Source: Candidatus Paracaedibacteraceae bacterium (lineage in GTDB: Bacteria; Pseudomonadota; Alphaproteobacteria; Paracaedibacterales; Paracaedibacteraceae). Taken from it: a DNA stretch of 24,000 nt. The stretch's first letter is position 1. Each line of letters starts with the position of its first letter. Of this stretch, positions 1 to 9,315 are shown piece after piece. The stretch lies in the NCBI GenBank assembly GCA_019459505.1, contig JAIBEV010000132.1, forward strand, positions 263,559 through 287,558, read 5' to 3'. The position numbers and the translations under genes were made by a program. The notes below the pieces were generated by a model that worked only from the letters and a program-made list of their open reading frames with translations, was not told where the DNA came from and ran no database searches.

Positions 1-2
1 AA

Positions 3-119
3 GGTTTATCCGTTATGCGGACCTTACTCACGGGTCAAAAGATGACTCGCGAAGAGTCAGGGATGAGTCTGAGAGAATGGCGTGAATTAGAAAGTGTTTT
101 GCAGATAAAACTTCCATAA
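3..119 (+). CDS. 3' end of an upstream gene truncated by the window edge (product unknown)
   Basis: Frame 3 is open from the window start to TAA at 117-119, which overlaps the next gene's ATG (TAATG). The tail reads ...GQKMTREESGMSLREWRELESVLQIKLP*. No family recognised. Confidence 0.35.
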   Translation, partial: GLSVMRTLLTGQKMTREESGMSLREWRELESVLQIKLP

Positions 120-1366
120 TGTTACGGCTTTATCATTTTTTAGCTCAATTTCTGACACCCTTGCTAAAGGTTCATTTAAAACGTCGCCTCAAGCAAGGCA
201 AGGAAGAGCCTACTCGGTTATATGAACGCTTTGGGGGGGCTTCCTTGCCACGACCAAAAGGAAAATTGATTTGGATTCATGCCGCAAGCGTGGGAGAATC
301 TGTCTCAGTTTTGCAGCTAATTACAGATCTACGGGCCAAGCATCCTGAAGTTTCCATTCTTTTAACCACAGGCACAGTTACCTCGGCGCGATTGATGACG
401 CAGCGATTACCGCGTGAGGTACTTCATCAATACATCCCCTTGGATGTCCCACAGTGGGTGACACGATTTCTAGACCATTGGCAACCTAATGAAGCTATTT
501 TTTTAGAATCGGAGTTGTGGCCTAATATCCTGCAAGCAGCAAAAAAAAGATCTATTCCCTTGCTGCTCGTGAATGCAAGTTTGTCAGAAAAAAGTTATAA
601 ACGTTGGCGTTTGGCAAAATCTGTTGCCGCAAAGATTTTTTCTTATTTTGATCGGATCCTCACGCCCAGCCTTGAGACAGCTATGCGCTTAAAGAGTTTG
701 AGTGTTAGAACAGTTGACCTGACAACGAATCTCAAGTTTACGACAACTTCCTTGCCGGTTAACCAAGAAGAGTTATCTCATTTAAAGGATCATATAAAAC
801 GCCCTCTTTTTACAGCGGCCAGTACGCATCCCGGGGAAGAAGAAAAAATGATCAAGGCTTATTTGTCTCTTAAGCAAAGGTATCCTGATCTGTTGTTTAT
901 TCTGGCTCCCCGTCATCCTCACCGTGCCGAAGAAATTGTTAAAATGTTAACGGAGGAAGGTTTTACAATTGCTAGACGCAGTTTAGGAGAGATTCCGACT
1001 TCAAATCATCAAATATGGCTTATTGATACAATTGGGGATCTGGGATTAATTTACTCTCTGGCCCCTTTTTGTTTTCTCGGCGGGTCGTTGGTTTCGATTG
1101 GGGGCCATAATGCAATTGAACCGTTTGCTCTCAATTGCTTGGTGATTCAAGGTGATCAGACTTTTAAATCTAACCATATTAATCTACTTCTGGCTTCTGT
1201 TGTGGTGACAGTAAAGAATCCAGAGGATCTTATCGTTGCAGCAGAGGCTTATCTACAATACCCGGAAAAACTTCTTCCTCTCCAACAACAAGCTCAAGCT
1301 ATTTTAGCAGAACAACGGCAAGGCCTTCAGGAGATTATCGATAAAATTATGGAATCGATGCGATGA
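119..1366 (+). CDS. waaA: 3-deoxy-D-manno-octulosonic acid (Kdo) transferase
   Basis: 415-aa ORF. The N-terminal motif LIWIHAASVGES matches the conserved WaaA/KdtA HxxSVGE motif. The length is typical, and its stop overlaps the lpxK start by 4 nt (ATGA), the classical waaA-lpxK pairing. Confidence 0.9.
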   Translation: MLRLYHFLAQFLTPLLKVHLKRRLKQGKEEPTRLYERFGGASLPRPKGKLIWIHAASVGESVSVLQLITDLRAKHPEVSILLTTGTVTSARLMTQRLPREVLHQYIPLDVPQWVTRFLDHWQPNEAIFLESELWPNILQAAKKRSIPLLLVNASLSEKSYKRWRLAKSVAAKIFSYFDRILTPSLETAMRLKSLSVRTVDLTTNLKFTTTSLPVNQEELSHLKDHIKRPLFTAASTHPGEEEKMIKAYLSLKQRYPDLLFILAPRHPHRAEEIVKMLTEEGFTIARRSLGEIPTSNHQIWLIDTIGDLGLIYSLAPFCFLGGSLVSIGGHNAIEPFALNCLVIQGDQTFKSNHINLLLASVVVTVKNPEDLIVAAEAYLQYPEKLLPLQQQAQAILAEQRQGLQEIIDKIMESMR

Positions 1367-2310
1367 CCTTAAAGGCTCCTAAATTCTGGCAAAAAAAAGG
1401 CTTGTTGAGCCTTATTTTATCGCCGCTCGGTTGGCTTTATGGGCAGATTGTGGCATGGCGTTTAAGAAGTCATAAGAATAAGGTGAGTGTGCCGGTTATC
1501 TGTGTGGGCAATCTAACGCTGGGTGGGGCGGGTAAAACTCCCGTGGTCATTGCTTTGGCGCAAGAGTTTCAGCGGTTAGGGCATACACCTCATATTTTAA
1601 GTCGAGGGTATGGCGGCAAAGGTTATCAAGTTTTAAGGGTTGAGACGACACAACAGACGGCAGCTGAGGTAGGTGACGAGGCTTTGCTTTTAGCGGAGAT
1701 TGCTCCGACATGGGTGGGCGCGGATCGATATCAATCGGCTCAGGCGGCGGTAGCAGCGGGTGCAACCCTGCTCATTATGGATGATGGACTCCAAAGCCCA
1801 ACTTTATATCAAGACTTTAAAATAGCAGTTTTTGATGGGCAAATCCCGTTCTTCAATAAAAGGATTTTTCCGGCTGGTCCCTTACGCGAAGATTTTTCGA
1901 AAGGGCTGCAGCGTATTGACTATTTGGTTTTAAATAATTTTAAAGATATTCCAAGCTGGGCTGTTAAATTACCCTGTACGCTAGCAACCACCCTTTCCGA
2001 TCAAATACCCACGAAAGAACGATATTTAGCTTTTGCCGGAATCGGATATCCTGAAAAGTTTTATTGGCTGCTTGCAAAGAAGGGGTTCAATATTATTGAA
2101 ACGCACTCATTTGCTGATCATCATTTTTATTCTAATCAAGAGATAAATGAGTTAATTCAAAAAGCGAAAAAGATCAAAGCCCATCTTATCACAACAGAAA
2201 AAGACTTGGTAAAAATCCCAAAAGATGCTAAAAAAAATATTCAGTCTTTAAAAATCCGCTTAGAGGCTGATCTTACTGAAATAGTTAATAAAGTGTTAAA
2301 ATTTTTTTAA
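1363..2310 (+). CDS. lpxK: tetraacyldisaccharide 4'-kinase
   Basis: 315-aa ORF. The P-loop VGNLTLGGAGKTP matches the LpxK signature (VGNLTVGGxGKTP). It is translationally coupled to waaA. Confidence 0.9.
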   Translation: MTLKAPKFWQKKGLLSLILSPLGWLYGQIVAWRLRSHKNKVSVPVICVGNLTLGGAGKTPVVIALAQEFQRLGHTPHILSRGYGGKGYQVLRVETTQQTAAEVGDEALLLAEIAPTWVGADRYQSAQAAVAAGATLLIMDDGLQSPTLYQDFKIAVFDGQIPFFNKRIFPAGPLREDFSKGLQRIDYLVLNNFKDIPSWAVKLPCTLATTLSDQIPTKERYLAFAGIGYPEKFYWLLAKKGFNIIETHSFADHHFYSNQEINELIQKAKKIKAHLITTEKDLVKIPKDAKKNIQSLKIRLEADLTEIVNKVLKFF

Positions 2311-2373
2311 CTATTTGTTAACCAAAATTAAAGAATAATTAATTATAACCATCAAAACTGTTTTGGTCAGACT

Positions 2374-3168
2374 ATGAATATCCTCGAAAAAGAAATGTTA
2401 TCGCTGTTAAAAAATGGTAAGAATACATTTGGATTCACCCATGTTCGTGCTGAATTTGAATCTGAAGGAATTCGCGATGATGAACTTTTCCGATTGGTTG
2501 AATTAGCATTTCGTGCCGATTTAAATTTGATTATTAAAATCGGAGGATGTGAAGCCATGACGGATCTCCTCAAAGCAAAGCAATTGGGAGCCGCCACGAT
2601 TATTGCCCCGATGATTGAATCATCCTATGCTGTTTGTAAATTTATTCAATCGGCAGAGCGGGTTTATTCCGAACAAGAACGCTCGGATGTGGAATTATTT
2701 ATCAATATTGAAACGATTCAAGGGTATGAGCAACGCGAAGCAATCACCGAAAAAATTGTTAAGCATAATTTAAAAGGGATTGTTTTTGGCCGTATTGATT
2801 TTTGTGGCTCTTTAGGAATAAGTCGTCGTGAGGTTAATAAGCCAGAAATCACGCGCCGAATCAAAGATGTAGCTAGCCTTTGCCAAACTAAAAACTTGCA
2901 ATTTACGGTGGGGGGCGGCATCGATGCTGAAAGCGTTTCAACTCTTCGGGACATTGCAGCCTCTTATTTGACACGCTATGAAACCCGCAAAGTTGGGTTC
3001 GATCTTTCCACCTTGTCCCATACCTTAGCTCAACAGGGCTTGATCGAAGCCTCTCGTTTCGAATTGCTGTGGCTGAGAAACAAATGTAACTACTATAAAA
3101 TCATTAGTACAGAGGATCAAAATCGTCTAAAAATGCTAGAAAGACGGATTATTTCCTTAGCCGCGTAA
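2374..3168 (+). CDS. HpcH/HpaI-like aldolase, PEP/pyruvate-binding TIM-barrel superfamily (tentative)
   Basis: 264-aa ORF with no competing frame. The APMIESSYA segment resembles the PMVE(S/T) motif of HpcH/HpaI/citrate-lyase-beta enzymes. The family assignment is by eye only. Confidence 0.45.
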   Translation: MNILEKEMLSLLKNGKNTFGFTHVRAEFESEGIRDDELFRLVELAFRADLNLIIKIGGCEAMTDLLKAKQLGAATIIAPMIESSYAVCKFIQSAERVYSEQERSDVELFINIETIQGYEQREAITEKIVKHNLKGIVFGRIDFCGSLGISRREVNKPEITRRIKDVASLCQTKNLQFTVGGGIDAESVSTLRDIAASYLTRYETRKVGFDLSTLSHTLAQQGLIEASRFELLWLRNKCNYYKIISTEDQNRLKMLERRIISLAA

Positions 3169-3199
3169 GAAATCTCTTGAGAGAAAGACGGCAACTCTT

Positions 3200-3697
3200 C
3201 TAAAGGGCTTTATTGTTTTTAACCCGCACATAATAAGCACCCTGTCCCCCATGCTGATCCTTTGCCGTGCTATAACCCGTGGCTAAAGGCATTTCTTCAA
3301 GCCATTGAGGGACAAGCTTTCTCAAGGTGTTTGGATTATCAGGATGCCCTTTACCCGTAATCACTAGAACCCACGTAAGATGATCATGATGCGCCATGGC
3401 GATAAATTTTTGCAGACGTTGTTGAGCCTGTTCGCGGGTCTGACCATGTAAGTCAAGACGTGCCTCCACCATAACCTTGCCGACCTTATGAATTTTCTTT
3501 ATTTCTTTATGCCAGTGTGTTTCGGCAAGGAGAGGTTGACTATGGAGATCAAAATATTCTCGCATCCGCCGCTGGTTGATTTTTACAGCGTCGACAGAGG
3601 ATAAGGGCTTTTCAAGATGAGGTGGGCGATGTTTAAGGGGTTTTATCCCCTTAATCAGTTCTTTCCATAAATGGCTATCTTTAGGGGGGTTTTTCAT
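3200..3697 (-). CDS. Smr/MutS2-C domain protein
   Basis: 165-aa ORF. The C-terminal LDLHGQTREQA...VLVITGKG is the Smr domain signature. It starts 5 nt downstream of the mltA stop on the same strand. Confidence 0.85.
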   Translation of the reverse strand: MKNPPKDSHLWKELIKGIKPLKHRPPHLEKPLSSVDAVKINQRRMREYFDLHSQPLLAETHWHKEIKKIHKVGKVMVEARLDLHGQTREQAQQRLQKFIAMAHHDHLTWVLVITGKGHPDNPNTLRKLVPQWLEEMPLATGYSTAKDQHGGQGAYYVRVKNNKAL

Positions 3698-3702
3698 GCT
3701 AT

Positions 3703-4929
3703 CTATCGCGGAAGAAAAACGTATAAATAACCTTTGGCATTCATGGCGCCTGCATAAGTAGCGGCTATGCTGCCGCTCCCCCAGAAATAATCCCCGCGAA
3801 CCGCCCCTTTAATTGCGCCGCCGGTATCTTGAGCCACCATCAATTTTTTGAGGTGGGGTTTATGATGATCAGGGTGAGTTGCATCGAGCCACACGGGCGT
3901 CCCTAAACTAATAAAAGACCGATCAATGGCCATGCTCCGATGCGGTGTTAAGGGAACACCATGGCTGCCGATAGGGCCACCTGGTTTATTGTTGACCTTA
4001 AAAAAGACATAGGATTGATTTTGCGACATGATTGATTCAGCTTGACGTGGATGAGCATGAAGCCATTTCTTAATGTTTTGCATGGTGATATGTCCATGCT
4101 GCAATACCCCTTTATCTAATAAAGCCTTTCCAATGGGGAAATACGGATAGCCATTTTGACCGGCATAACCTAATCTTATCTCACGGCCGTTATCTAATCG
4201 AACCCGACCTGATCCTTGGATTTGAATGAAAAAAGCTTCGACGGGATCATCGACCCAGACTAGTTCTAGCCCTTTTCCTTTTAAGGCACCCTTGATAATT
4301 CTGGAGCGTGGAATTTTATAATTTATCCCTCTGCCCGGCAATTTATATAAAGGGGTTTGATATTTACCATGCCGTCTTAAAGACCCATTTAAAATTGGTT
4401 CATAATAGCCTGTAAACACACCCTCAGCATTGCCGGAGGCGGCAATTTGATAAGGAGAAACGGTTGCTTCGAGAAAATCACGGAATTGTTGGTGAGATTT
4501 AAAGTTATTGGAGTGCAGCTTTTTACAAAATCTAAACCAGTCCTCGGCCCGTCCGCTACCATCTGCCCGCGTTACCATCGGTGTACCCGCAGATTTTTTT
4601 AGAATGACGTGACAGGATTGCTGGAGAGCTGGTAGGGCTAACAATTGCTTATCTTCCTTCCAGCCTGGTAAGGAGGAAAAGGATACAGGTGTGAGTTCAC
4701 GCTCGATTTGAGGGGCACATCCAGCAAATAGTAATAGGATTCCATACCCTAACAAATTAAGAAGGGAAATGGGTGACCTTTCCCAGGGAATCATCTTTTT
4801 CCCTGAGGTTTCTTTTCGGTCTAAGAGCGTTAGAAAGGGTGGAATACTCTTAATAGCCTGAAAAAATTTGTAAAGCAAAATTCTAGTCTCTTTAGAGAGT
4901 CGGGCGATAAGAAAGATATTTTTATTCAT
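3703..4929 (-). CDS. mltA: membrane-bound lytic murein transglycosylase A
   Basis: 408-aa ORF. The C-terminal 3D-domain motif VAQDTGGAIKGAVRGDYFWGSG is present. A lipoprotein-like signal (LLLFAGC) begins at Met46, so the true start may be the ATG at 4794. Confidence 0.85.
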   Translation of the reverse strand: MNKNIFLIARLSKETRILLYKFFQAIKSIPPFLTLLDRKETSGKKMIPWERSPISLLNLLGYGILLLFAGCAPQIERELTPVSFSSLPGWKEDKQLLALPALQQSCHVILKKSAGTPMVTRADGSGRAEDWFRFCKKLHSNNFKSHQQFRDFLEATVSPYQIAASGNAEGVFTGYYEPILNGSLRRHGKYQTPLYKLPGRGINYKIPRSRIIKGALKGKGLELVWVDDPVEAFFIQIQGSGRVRLDNGREIRLGYAGQNGYPYFPIGKALLDKGVLQHGHITMQNIKKWLHAHPRQAESIMSQNQSYVFFKVNNKPGGPIGSHGVPLTPHRSMAIDRSFISLGTPVWLDATHPDHHKPHLKKLMVAQDTGGAIKGAVRGDYFWGSGSIAATYAGAMNAKGYLYVFLPR

Positions 4930-4956
4930 AAGGATCCTTGATCTCTACGATGGTCC

Positions 4957-5640
4957 TTAAGCGTTTTGTGTGCGACTTAAATACCAGTTTGGTTCAGTAG
5001 ATCCAATCATCCGTGTAAATGTCCAAATTTCGGTGACTGGAATACTTATTTGTGCCTGATTTTCAATAATCTCACCAGCAGAATTTTTTGTCACCATCAC
5101 CTGACGGCTTCGGAATCGAACTGTTATAATGGCATCTTCACCATGGATTTCGATCGCATCCACATCGACGCGATCAAATTGCTCTATCGTGACTTCATAC
5201 GATTCTCCGCGACGCTGACGCTCAGCAACTTCGTGGGCGAACGCCTCATAAACTTTTGGCAATAAAAGTAATTTAAGAGTCTCTAGTTCTCCCTTTGCAA
5301 AAGCTTCAGAAACCATTTCATAGGCCCCTTTGGCTCCCTTAAGAAAATGAGAAAAATTAAAGCTTGGATCACTTTCTCTCAAAATTCTTAGACCTTCACG
5401 CACACCGGGTTTTAAATCTTCTTCTTCAATCTCCATGGATCGTTCTTTACTGCGACGGGTCTGCAAGGGAACAACATTATCGTCAATCATAGCTTCAAAT
5501 TGACGTTTTTTTTGTTCTCGTCGTTCTTTGTCTGCGTCAGTTTCTTGGCCTAGAACGGACCACAATCGATAAAAGATATAAGCGGACAATAGTGCAAAAA
5601 ATATTAATTCCAATAGGGGACCCACTTCTTTATGCCTCAA
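4957..5640 (-). CDS. Tim44-like domain protein
   Basis: 227-aa ORF with one N-terminal TM helix, a charged linker and a C-terminal domain typical of alphaproteobacterial Tim44-like proteins. It lies divergent from secB and upstream of mltA, a common alphaproteobacterial layout. Confidence 0.8.
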   Translation of the reverse strand: MRHKEVGPLLELIFFALLSAYIFYRLWSVLGQETDADKERREQKKRQFEAMIDDNVVPLQTRRSKERSMEIEEEDLKPGVREGLRILRESDPSFNFSHFLKGAKGAYEMVSEAFAKGELETLKLLLLPKVYEAFAHEVAERQRRGESYEVTIEQFDRVDVDAIEIHGEDAIITVRFRSRQVMVTKNSAGEIIENQAQISIPVTEIWTFTRMIGSTEPNWYLSRTQNA

Positions 5641-5672
5641 AATACTAAATCTAAGTATATATTATAGTAGAC

Positions 5673-5704
5673 GACCTAGAGTTGCAATTGGTAGACTCTA
5701 GATC
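5673..5704. promoter_or_regulatory. imperfect inverted repeat in the divergent Tim44-like/secB intergenic region (possible operator)
   Basis: gacctagagt (5673-5682) and actctagatc (5695-5704) are reverse complements at 9 of 10 positions, separated by 12 nt. Confidence 0.2.
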
Positions 5705-5736
5705 AGAAACTTAATAATTATTAGGAGACCTCTGTT

Positions 5737-6201
5737 ATGGCTCAACTAAATTCTGCAGCTCCCACTGCAACAACAACGGTTCGTGCTCAATATATTCGAG
5801 ATTTATCGTTTGAAAATCCAAACCCTTTGGCAATTTTTACCAGTGAAACTCAAGATCAACCAGAAATCTCAGTTGGTATCCAAGCCAAAGCCCAAAACTT
5901 AGGTGAGAGAAATTTTGAACTTATTATCGACTTTAATGTAGACGCAAAACGCGGCAAGGACACAATGTTTATTGTTGAATTGAGCTATGGCGCCGTTGTA
6001 AGTGTTGAGGAGTCTGTTGCGGAAGACCTGGTGCAGCATGCTGTTATGGTTGATGCCGCGCACTTATTATTTCCATTTGCTCGTAATATCATTGCAGATA
6101 TGACACGGGATGGGGGATACCCACCATTGATGTTAGCCCCAATTGATTTTAATAGCTTATATCAGCAACAAGCCGAACAAGCTCCTATAGCAGTTAATTA
6201 A
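5737..6201 (+). CDS. secB: protein-export chaperone SecB
   Basis: 154-aa ORF. QYIRDLSFENPN matches the SecB N-terminal motif (IYxKDxSFExPN). The acidic C-terminal tail and a GGAG ribosome-binding site 8 nt upstream support the call. Confidence 0.9.
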   Translation: MAQLNSAAPTATTTVRAQYIRDLSFENPNPLAIFTSETQDQPEISVGIQAKAQNLGERNFELIIDFNVDAKRGKDTMFIVELSYGAVVSVEESVAEDLVQHAVMVDAAHLLFPFARNIIADMTRDGGYPPLMLAPIDFNSLYQQQAEQAPIAVN

Positions 6202-6209
6202 TAAATTAA

Positions 6210-6237
6210 AGGGGCAGAATTTCTGCCTCTTTTTTTT
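6210..6237 (+). terminator. Rho-independent terminator after secB
   Basis: The stem aggggcag/ctgcctct (8 bp including one G-U pair) has a 5-nt loop and is followed by a T run of seven or more, 9 nt after the secB stop. Confidence 0.75.
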
Positions 6238-6298
6238 AGCTATACCCTCTTTGCTATTGTTTTTCTAAACTAAATATGGCGACTACCATTTTCAAAAA

Positions 6299-7516
6299 AT
6301 GACGACATTATCTAATAAAAATATTTATAGCCTGCCGATTATTCTTGTGTTGGCGACAATAGTTTTTGAAATGTCATCCGACCTTTATTTACCGAGTCTC
6401 CCTGAAATGGCGATTTTTTATGGTGTTCCCCATCATACAATTGTCATGACAATTAGTACGTATATGATTGGTTTTTCTTTGATGGGATTGGTGGGAGGCG
6501 CCTTATCAGACAGTTTAGGGCGAAAACCTGTCTTTATGCTGGGAATGGGAATCTTTGTTATCGGTAGTATTGGTTGTTATTTTGCTTTTGATATTTATTT
6601 TCTCACCCTTTCACGATTAGTCCAAGGCATGGGCGCCGGAATCAGTTATGTGATTTCAACCGCAATGATTAAGGATAGGTTTTCCGATCATTTGTGCTCG
6701 CGTCTTTTTTCATTAATGGGAACAGCCATTGCTTTATCTCCTACGGTCGCTCCTATTATTGGCAGTAAAATCAGTGCCTGGTGGGGGTGGAGTTTTAATT
6801 TTACAGTTATCCTGGTGGCTGCTGTTCTCACCTATATTATCTGCCGTATTGGATTAATTGAAACTCTTGAGGTATCAAAAAGGCAGGCCCTCAATTTTAA
6901 AACAACATTGAAATCTTATGGTCATCTCTTTTTGAGCCGTAAAACATGCGGATATGCCTTTATTTCTGGCCTGACTTATGGATCGCTGTGGGCCTGGATT
7001 GCTGTCGCTCCTTTTTTCTTTATTGAAAGGATTGGAATTTCTGCAGCAGACTATGCCTATTATGCCACGATTGGTCCTCTTTCTTATATGACTGGCGCTT
7101 TTTTAAACCAATTTCTTGTCATGCGCTTAGGGGTAGATCAACTCTTGAAGATAGGCCTGACGATTATTACAGTCGGTAGTTTTTACTTAAACTTTATTAG
7201 CTTTAGCCATGGTTTAAATAAAGAGGGTTTGATCATTGGACTCATTTTGTTCTGTGTGGGTCTTGCGCCTGTGTTTTCTAATGCGGCCACCAGAAGTTTG
7301 GATGTGCCCCCTCATCAACGGGGGGCGGCTTCTGCTGTTTTAGGATTGGTTGAAATGATTTTAGCTGCTGTTTATGCTTATGGGGCGAGTTTGTTTAATG
7401 ATGGCAGCATGCGATCGGCGACAGTCATGATGGGTGGAAGTGCCTTTTTATGCATTCTGCTATACATTTGGATCCAACAAAGTATAAAATACTTACATAA
7501 AACATCTGCAAGGTAA
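6299..7516 (+). CDS. MFS transporter, Bcr/CflA-type drug efflux family
   Basis: 405-aa ORF with about 12 hydrophobic segments. The MFS loop motif GGALSDSLGRKPV lies between TM2 and TM3, and LPSLPEMA is the Bcr-like N-terminus. Confidence 0.8.
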   Translation: MTTLSNKNIYSLPIILVLATIVFEMSSDLYLPSLPEMAIFYGVPHHTIVMTISTYMIGFSLMGLVGGALSDSLGRKPVFMLGMGIFVIGSIGCYFAFDIYFLTLSRLVQGMGAGISYVISTAMIKDRFSDHLCSRLFSLMGTAIALSPTVAPIIGSKISAWWGWSFNFTVILVAAVLTYIICRIGLIETLEVSKRQALNFKTTLKSYGHLFLSRKTCGYAFISGLTYGSLWAWIAVAPFFFIERIGISAADYAYYATIGPLSYMTGAFLNQFLVMRLGVDQLLKIGLTIITVGSFYLNFISFSHGLNKEGLIIGLILFCVGLAPVFSNAATRSLDVPPHQRGAASAVLGLVEMILAAVYAYGASLFNDGSMRSATVMMGGSAFLCILLYIWIQQSIKYLHKTSAR

Positions 7517-7527
7517 TTCATTTATTC

Positions 7528-8868
7528 ATGACCGCCCCATCTCCGACTCGAGTGTTTGGTTTTTGGACCGCAACTTCATTAGTCCTTGGCAATATGATTG
7601 GTTCAGGTATTTTTTACTTGCCCGCATCCTTAGCGCATGTTGGACCCATTAGTATTCTTGGTTGGGTCATAACGGCTGTGGGAGCTATCAGCTTAGCCTA
7701 TGTTTTCTCTAACCTATCGCGTCACAATCCTCAAGCGGGGGGGCCCTTTAGCCATACCCGCCAAGCCTTTGGCGATCAAATGGGATTTTTTATGGCCTGG
7801 GGCTATTGGATCATGACGTGGTCAAGTAATGCTGCCGTTTCCCTTGCCTTTGTTAGTTATTTATCTCACTTTGTGCCCCTTTTAGCTGAATCTAAACTCG
7901 CCAGTTTTAGCATGGCAACCTGTTTAATTTGGTTTACCACCTTCTTAAATTGCCGCAATTTAAAATACGGTGGGTTTGTCCAAGTTTTAACAGTTATTAT
8001 TAAAATCTTACCGCTAATCGTGGTTGCTCTGGTTGGGTGGTATTTTGTCGAACCGCAAAATTATGTTCCTTTTAATCCTAATTTTGAAAGCCCGTTCAGT
8101 GCTATTAATGCAGCCGCTGCCATTACGATGTGGGCTTTTATCGGGCTGGAATCGGCAACCGTACCCGCTGAAAATGTAGAAAATCCTGGCAAGACTATTT
8201 CCAGAGCAACATTATTTGGCACCTTGTTAGGGGCTTTAATTTATATTATAATTACAGCGGTTGTTTTTGGACTTATCCCGGCCGACGAATTGGCTCATTC
8301 CCCTGCCCCTTTTGTTGATGCAGCCTCCAAAATTTTTGGTAGTTGGGTCGGCCCTATTATTGGCTTTTGTGTATTGATCTCTATCTTTGGCGGCTTAAAT
8401 GGTTGGGTTCTTTTACAAGGACAAATTCCCTATACGTTGTCTAAAGAAGGATTATTTCCCAAAGTTTTTAGTAAATTATCGGCCAATGGCACCCCAGTTT
8501 TTGGTCTTGTTTTTACGAGTGTTCTGATGACGGTGTTGATGTCTATGAATTATAGTAAATCGTTAGTTTCCCAGTTCAATAATATGATTCTTATTGGAAC
8601 AATTATGACCTTGGGAACCTATTTGTCGTCCACCCTAGCTTCCCTCAAACTGCTCAAACACTCCTATATTGTAAAATTAAAACCTGCAATCCTTATAGCC
8701 ATTTTCTTAGGGGCTGCTTATTGTGTATGGGCGATTTTGGGGGCAAGTCTTGACGATTTGGCGATTTGCTTTATTGCTTATGTTTGCGGTATTCCAGTCT
8801 ATATTTATAGCCGGTGGGAACACCGCAGAATAAGTCGACGAGGCTATACTGTTACATCTGCCCGCTGA
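7528..8868 (+). CDS. APC-superfamily amino acid permease, basic amino acid/polyamine antiporter-like
   Basis: 446-aa polytopic ORF. The N-terminus LVLGNMIGSGIFYLPASLA...AGGPFSHTRQAFG resembles AdiC/PotE/ArcD-type antiporters. Confidence 0.85.
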   Translation: MTAPSPTRVFGFWTATSLVLGNMIGSGIFYLPASLAHVGPISILGWVITAVGAISLAYVFSNLSRHNPQAGGPFSHTRQAFGDQMGFFMAWGYWIMTWSSNAAVSLAFVSYLSHFVPLLAESKLASFSMATCLIWFTTFLNCRNLKYGGFVQVLTVIIKILPLIVVALVGWYFVEPQNYVPFNPNFESPFSAINAAAAITMWAFIGLESATVPAENVENPGKTISRATLFGTLLGALIYIIITAVVFGLIPADELAHSPAPFVDAASKIFGSWVGPIIGFCVLISIFGGLNGWVLLQGQIPYTLSKEGLFPKVFSKLSANGTPVFGLVFTSVLMTVLMSMNYSKSLVSQFNNMILIGTIMTLGTYLSSTLASLKLLKHSYIVKLKPAILIAIFLGAAYCVWAILGASLDDLAICFIAYVCGIPVYIYSRWEHRRISRRGYTVTSAR

Positions 8869-8869
8869 C
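8771..8869. repeat. left copy of a ~100-bp imperfect direct repeat (the functional 3' end of the permease gene)
   Basis: It aligns with 11620-11722. Identical blocks are tgcggtattccagtctatatttata, gccggtgggaacaccgcaga, aggctatactgttacat and cccgctgac. Differences are a 3-nt indel, a 1-nt indel and a handful of substitutions. Confidence 0.85.
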
Positions 8870-9315
8870 TGCATAAGATTAAGTTATCTCCCATAATTCA
8901 TAAGGCAGAAAAGATTTCCCATAAAGAGGATTCTCTTAATTTTGTCCTATCAACAGTCATCGCTATTAAAGTAAGAGTTCCCCTGTACAGAGAGAGGTTT
9001 AATATTGGGATAAAAGAGTTAAAAATCCTGTTGTCTTTCCACAATATAATGATATTTCTCGGTTATGAGAAGAAGAGGGGTGGCTAACTCATGCTTATTA
9101 TCATGGGGTTATCCAGGCGGGAATAAAGATGGTTATGGATTAAAGCTACTCCTCTGTGGACCTTTAAATAGGAGTAAATTTAAAAATTGACTCTATTATT
9201 TCAGGCAAAGTTCTCATTTTCAAAATATTTTTTATGTTCCTTGTAAAGATAACAAACTATTCCCACCTTGTGCTTATAAGCCATCTTTTTTACTTAAGAT
9301 TCCAAGAGGAAAGCT

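Noticed and set aside
1547-2954. Antisense ORFs 1547-1765, 2367-2597 and 2718-2954
   Set aside because: These are shadow ORFs opposite lpxK and the aldolase-like gene, with low-complexity translations.
8870-9315. Possible remnant integrase or transposase, or a small RNA, in the 447-bp non-coding left part of the insert
   Set aside because: I translated parts of it in several frames on both strands and found only short stop-riddled peptides with no recognisable motif. No convincing hairpin or promoter pair was found either. It cannot be supported from sequence alone.
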